In this document: piece by piece, positions 60,607 to 64,000 of the stretch
How the letters are laid out: the number at the start of each line of letters is the position of its first letter
Position numbering within the stretch: the stretch's first letter is position 1
Assembly (NCBI RefSeq): GCF_003790525.1
Contig: NZ_CP033635.1
Length of the DNA: 64,000 nucleotides
Direction: 5' to 3' (one strand)
From: Escherichia coli
GTDB taxonomy: Bacteria; Pseudomonadota; Gammaproteobacteria; Enterobacterales; Enterobacteriaceae
Translations under genes and position numbers: made by a program
Notes under the pieces: model-generated
Database searches by the model: none
Seen by the model: only the letters and a program-made list of their open reading frames with translations
Told to the model about the DNA's origin: nothing

Positions 60607-60967
60607 ATCAAGTAGCGCGCATTCTATGGAGACATGCGAGTTCATGCAACTAAAAAATTGCATAATTTGTTTTATTGGTCACATTTTATGCGACACGATG
60701 AAGAAACAGCCGAACGGAGGGCAGATTAGCACACTTTTTCAACATCATTGTGCTCAACAATGCGCTCCTGCTAAACCATAATTCTTTTTATCAGATGGAA
60801 TATCTGTCACATTGCTTTTCAACGATAGCTTCCTGGGAGAGATTTTTTCTTATTATTCCTCCCCATCTGGTGTTACCCTCCTGCCCATTAACCCATTCAA
60901 CAGAACTGTGACGCGCCATGGCAAATATCGCTTTGCCGATAGAGCTATGACCGCCAGAAACATGCTT

Positions 60968-61918
60968 ATGAGTATAAAAGAGCAAACGTTAATGACGCCT
61001 TACCTACAGTTTGACCGCAACCAGTGGGCAGCTCTGCGTGATTCCGTACCTATGACGTTATCGGAAGATGAGATCGCCCGTCTCAAAGGTATTAATGAAG
61101 ATCTCTCGTTAGAAGAAGTTGCCGAGATCTATTTACCTCTGTCACGTTTGCTGAACTTCTATATAAGCTCGAATCTGCGCCGTCAGGCAGTTCTGGAACA
61201 GTTTCTTGGTACCAACGGGCAACGCATTCCTTACATTATCAGTATTGCTGGTAGTGTCGCGGTGGGGAAAAGTACAACCGCCCGTGTATTGCAGGCGCTA
61301 TTAAGCCGTTGGCCGGAACATCGTCGTGTTGAACTGATCACGACTGATGGCTTCCTTCACCCTAATCAGGTACTGAAAGAACGTGGTCTGATGAAGAAGA
61401 AAGGCTTCCCGGAATCGTATGATATGCATCGCCTGGTGAAGTTTGTTTCCGATCTCAAATCCGGCGTGCCAAACGTTACAGCACCTGTTTACTCGCATCT
61501 TATTTATGATGTGATCCCGGATGGAGATAAAACGGTTGTTCAGCCTGATATTTTAATTCTTGAAGGGTTAAATGTCTTACAGAGCGGAATGGATTATCCA
61601 CACGATCCACATCATGTATTTGTTTCTGATTTTGTCGATTTTTCGATATATGTTGATGCACCGGAAGACTTACTTCAGACGTGGTATATCAACCGTTTTC
61701 TGAAATTCCGGGAAGGGGCTTTTACAGACCCGGATTCCTATTTTCATAACTACGCGAAATTAACTAAAGAAGAAGCGATTAATACTGCCATGACGTTGTG
61801 GAAAGAGATCAACTGGCTGAACTTAAAGCAAAATATTCTACCTACTCGCGAGCGCGCCAGTTTAATCCTGACGAAAAGTGCTAATCATGCGGTAGAAGAG
61901 GTCAGACTACGCAAATAA
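60968..61918 (+). CDS. coaA: Pantothenate kinase (type I)
   Basis: 316 aa from the ATG at 60968 ([26 protein letters not shown]...); P-loop GSVAVGKST; the ORF track extends upstream in frame. Confidence 0.95.
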   Translation: MSIKEQTLMTPYLQFDRNQWAALRDSVPMTLSEDEIARLKGINEDLSLEEVAEIYLPLSRLLNFYISSNLRRQAVLEQFLGTNGQRIPYIISIAGSVAVGKSTTARVLQALLSRWPEHRRVELITTDGFLHPNQVLKERGLMKKKGFPESYDMHRLVKFVSDLKSGVPNVTAPVYSHLIYDVIPDGDKTVVQPDILILEGLNVLQSGMDYPHDPHHVFVSDFVDFSIYVDAPEDLLQTWYINRFLKFREGAFTDPDSYFHNYAKLTKEEAINTAMTLWKEINWLNLKQNILPTRERASLILTKSANHAVEEVRLRK

Positions 61919-61946
61919 TTTTCAGGGGAGCTAATGCTCCCCTATC

Positions 61947-62912
61947 TTATTTTTCCGCACTACGCAGGGATATTTCACCGCCCATCCAGGGTTTTATTAT
62001 TCCATCCTGCTCAAGCAATAAAGCGCCCTGTTTGTCTATTCCACGTGAAATGCCAAATATTTCTTTATCACCAATGATAAGTTTCACTGGGCGATTAATA
62101 AAATTATCCAGCTTTTCCCAGCGCGAAAGATAAGGTGCCAATCCTTCTTGCTCGAAGAGTTCCAGCGCCGCGCGTAATTCACGTATGAGCATGGCCGCCA
62201 ACGTATTACGATCGAGATTGATTCCCGCTTCCTGCAGCGTGATCCACCCTTGATTAACGACACTCTCTTCAACACGACGCATTGCCATGTTGATCCCGGC
62301 TCCAATGACTATTTGCGCCGCATCGCCGGTTTTGCCAGTTAGCTCCACAAGAATGCCTGCCAGCTTGCGATCCTGCAAATAGAGGTCATTAGGCCATTTA
62401 ACACGAACTTTATCTGCACCCAGCTTGCGTAATACTTCCGCCATCACGATACCGATAACCAGACTTAAACCAATCGCCGCCGCCGGGCCTTGTTCCAGAC
62501 GCCAGAACATCGACAAATATAAGTTTGCGCCAAAAGGCGAAAACCATTTCCGACCCCGGCGACCACGGCCAGCCTGCTGGTATTCTGCAACACAGGCATC
62601 GCCCGATTTAAGCTCTCCGATACGATCAAGAAGGTACTGATTCGTGGAGTCAATAACGGGCAGCACAGTTACACTACCGCCATCCAGCTGACCCAATATC
62701 TGTTCAGCATTAAGTAACTGGATAGGCTCAGGCAGGCTGTATCCTTTACCCGGAACGGTAAAGACATCAACGCCCCAGTCACGCAGTGTCTGAATGTGTT
62801 TATTAATAGCCGCCCGGCTCATTCCTAACGTTTCACCCAACTGCTCACCAGAGTGAAATTCGCCATTCGCTAACAGCGCGATTAATTTCAGCGGAACGGT
62901 ATTATCCTTCAT
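61947..62912 (-). CDS. birA: Bifunctional biotin-protein ligase / biotin operon repressor
   Basis: 321 aa; [60 protein letters not shown]... Confidence 0.95.
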   Translation of the reverse strand: MKDNTVPLKLIALLANGEFHSGEQLGETLGMSRAAINKHIQTLRDWGVDVFTVPGKGYSLPEPIQLLNAEQILGQLDGGSVTVLPVIDSTNQYLLDRIGELKSGDACVAEYQQAGRGRRGRKWFSPFGANLYLSMFWRLEQGPAAAIGLSLVIGIVMAEVLRKLGADKVRVKWPNDLYLQDRKLAGILVELTGKTGDAAQIVIGAGINMAMRRVEESVVNQGWITLQEAGINLDRNTLAAMLIRELRAALELFEQEGLAPYLSRWEKLDNFINRPVKLIIGDKEIFGISRGIDKQGALLLEQDGIIKPWMGGEISLRSAEK

Positions 62913-63937
62913 GAAATCGTCTCCACTGCGCTAACTTCACCTGATGCACCAATAAAGCGAACTTCAGGCTCAAGCCAGACATTAAATTTTTCACCCACTT
63001 TTTGTCTTACATGATGTGCCAGTTGCACCACATCTTCGCTTTTTGCATTGTCTTCATTAATGAGGACTAACGCCTGTTGACGGTGCACCGCAGCCCCACC
63101 CATTTGCATCCCTTTTAGCTGGCACTGATCGATAAGCCAACCTGCTGCCAGTTTTACTGAACCATCCGCCTGGGGATAATTTGGTGCTGTTGGAAATTGT
63201 GCCAGTAATGCTTTAGCCGTTTCGGCAGATACAACAGGGTTTTTGAAGAAACTACCGGCATTGCCATTCACTTTTGGATCAGGGAGTTTGGTGGTGCGCA
63301 TATGACATACCGCATTAAATACTTGCTGTGGCGTTACGGTTGTAGGATCCAGACGAGTTAAGTCACCATACGTTAGTACAGGTTGCCACTCTTTTGGCAG
63401 ACGCAGACCTACGGCTACAATGGCGAAGCGGTCCTGGTATTCATGTTTAAAAATACTGTCGCGATAGCCAAAACGGCACTCTTTGGCAGTTAAGCGCACT
63501 TGCTTGCCTGTCGCCAGTTCAACACAGTCAACATAAGCGCAAACTCGCTGTAATTCTACGCCATAAGCACCAATATTCTGGATAGGTGATGAGCCGACAC
63601 AACCAGGAATTAATGCCAGATTTTCCAGACCAGGCATACCTTCCTGCAAAGTGTATTTTACCAGGCGATGCCAGTTTTCTCCGGCTCCTACATGTAAATA
63701 CCACGCATCAGGTTCATCATGAATTTCGATACCTTTGATCCGGTTGATGATCACCGTACCGCGATAGTCTTCCAGAAAAAGTACATTACTTCCTTCACCC
63801 AGAATAAGAACGGATTGTCCTTTTGCGGTTGCATGCTGCCAGGCATTGAGTAGTTGTTGTTCGTCTTCGGCACATACAATGTGCTGAGCATTATGATCAA
63901 TGCCAAATGTGTTCCAGGGTTTTAAGGAGTGGTTCAT
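62909..63937 (-). CDS. murB: UDP-N-acetylenolpyruvoylglucosamine reductase
   Basis: 342 aa FAD-binding enzyme; [38 protein letters not shown]...; its stop overlaps the birA start. Confidence 0.95.
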   Translation of the reverse strand: MNHSLKPWNTFGIDHNAQHIVCAEDEQQLLNAWQHATAKGQSVLILGEGSNVLFLEDYRGTVIINRIKGIEIHDEPDAWYLHVGAGENWHRLVKYTLQEGMPGLENLALIPGCVGSSPIQNIGAYGVELQRVCAYVDCVELATGKQVRLTAKECRFGYRDSIFKHEYQDRFAIVAVGLRLPKEWQPVLTYGDLTRLDPTTVTPQQVFNAVCHMRTTKLPDPKVNGNAGSFFKNPVVSAETAKALLAQFPTAPNYPQADGSVKLAAGWLIDQCQLKGMQMGGAAVHRQQALVLINEDNAKSEDVVQLAHHVRQKVGEKFNVWLEPEVRFIGASGEVSAVETIS

Positions 63938-64000
63938 AGCTGCTTTCCTGATGCAAAAACGAGGCTAGTTTACCGTATCTGTGGGGGGATGGCTTGTAGT

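Overview
This window is an Escherichia coli-type core chromosomal segment running from the 3' end of lysC to murB, reverse-complemented relative to the usual K-12 orientation. Gene content, in window order: lysC (partial), yjbD, rluF, an accessory sorCDFBAME L-sorbose PTS island with one extra dehydrogenase gene, pepE, yjbB, metH, iclR, aceK-aceA-aceB, metA, yjaB (split by an IS3-family element), the rrnE operon (5S, 23S, tRNA-Glu, 16S), purHD, zraRS/zraP, yjaH, hupA, yjaG, nfi, hemE, nudC, rsd, the TPP riboswitch with thiCEFSGH, rpoC, rpoB, rplL-rplJ-rplA-rplK, nusG, secE, tufB, the thrT-glyT-tyrU-thrU tRNA cluster, coaA, birA and murB. Gene identities come from reading the supplied ORF translations against remembered protein families and the conserved K-12 gene order; no database search was possible. 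Start codons were checked by eye, and RNA and terminator ends are good to a few nucleotides. I found no CRISPR array, prophage, or convincing new defence or secretion system; the region is dominated by well-known housekeeping genes. The points worth a second look are strain-specific: (1) the sor island between rluF and pepE; (2) a shikimate-dehydrogenase-family gene translationally coupled to sorE; (3) a 1259-bp IS3-family insertion that splits yjaB; (4-6) apparent absence of three K-12 genes (arpA, yjaA, yjaZ/htrC), which points to a non-K-12 lineage; and (7-9) a few unexplained palindromes and stem-loops in leader regions. Comparisons with K-12 rest on memory and need an alignment to confirm.
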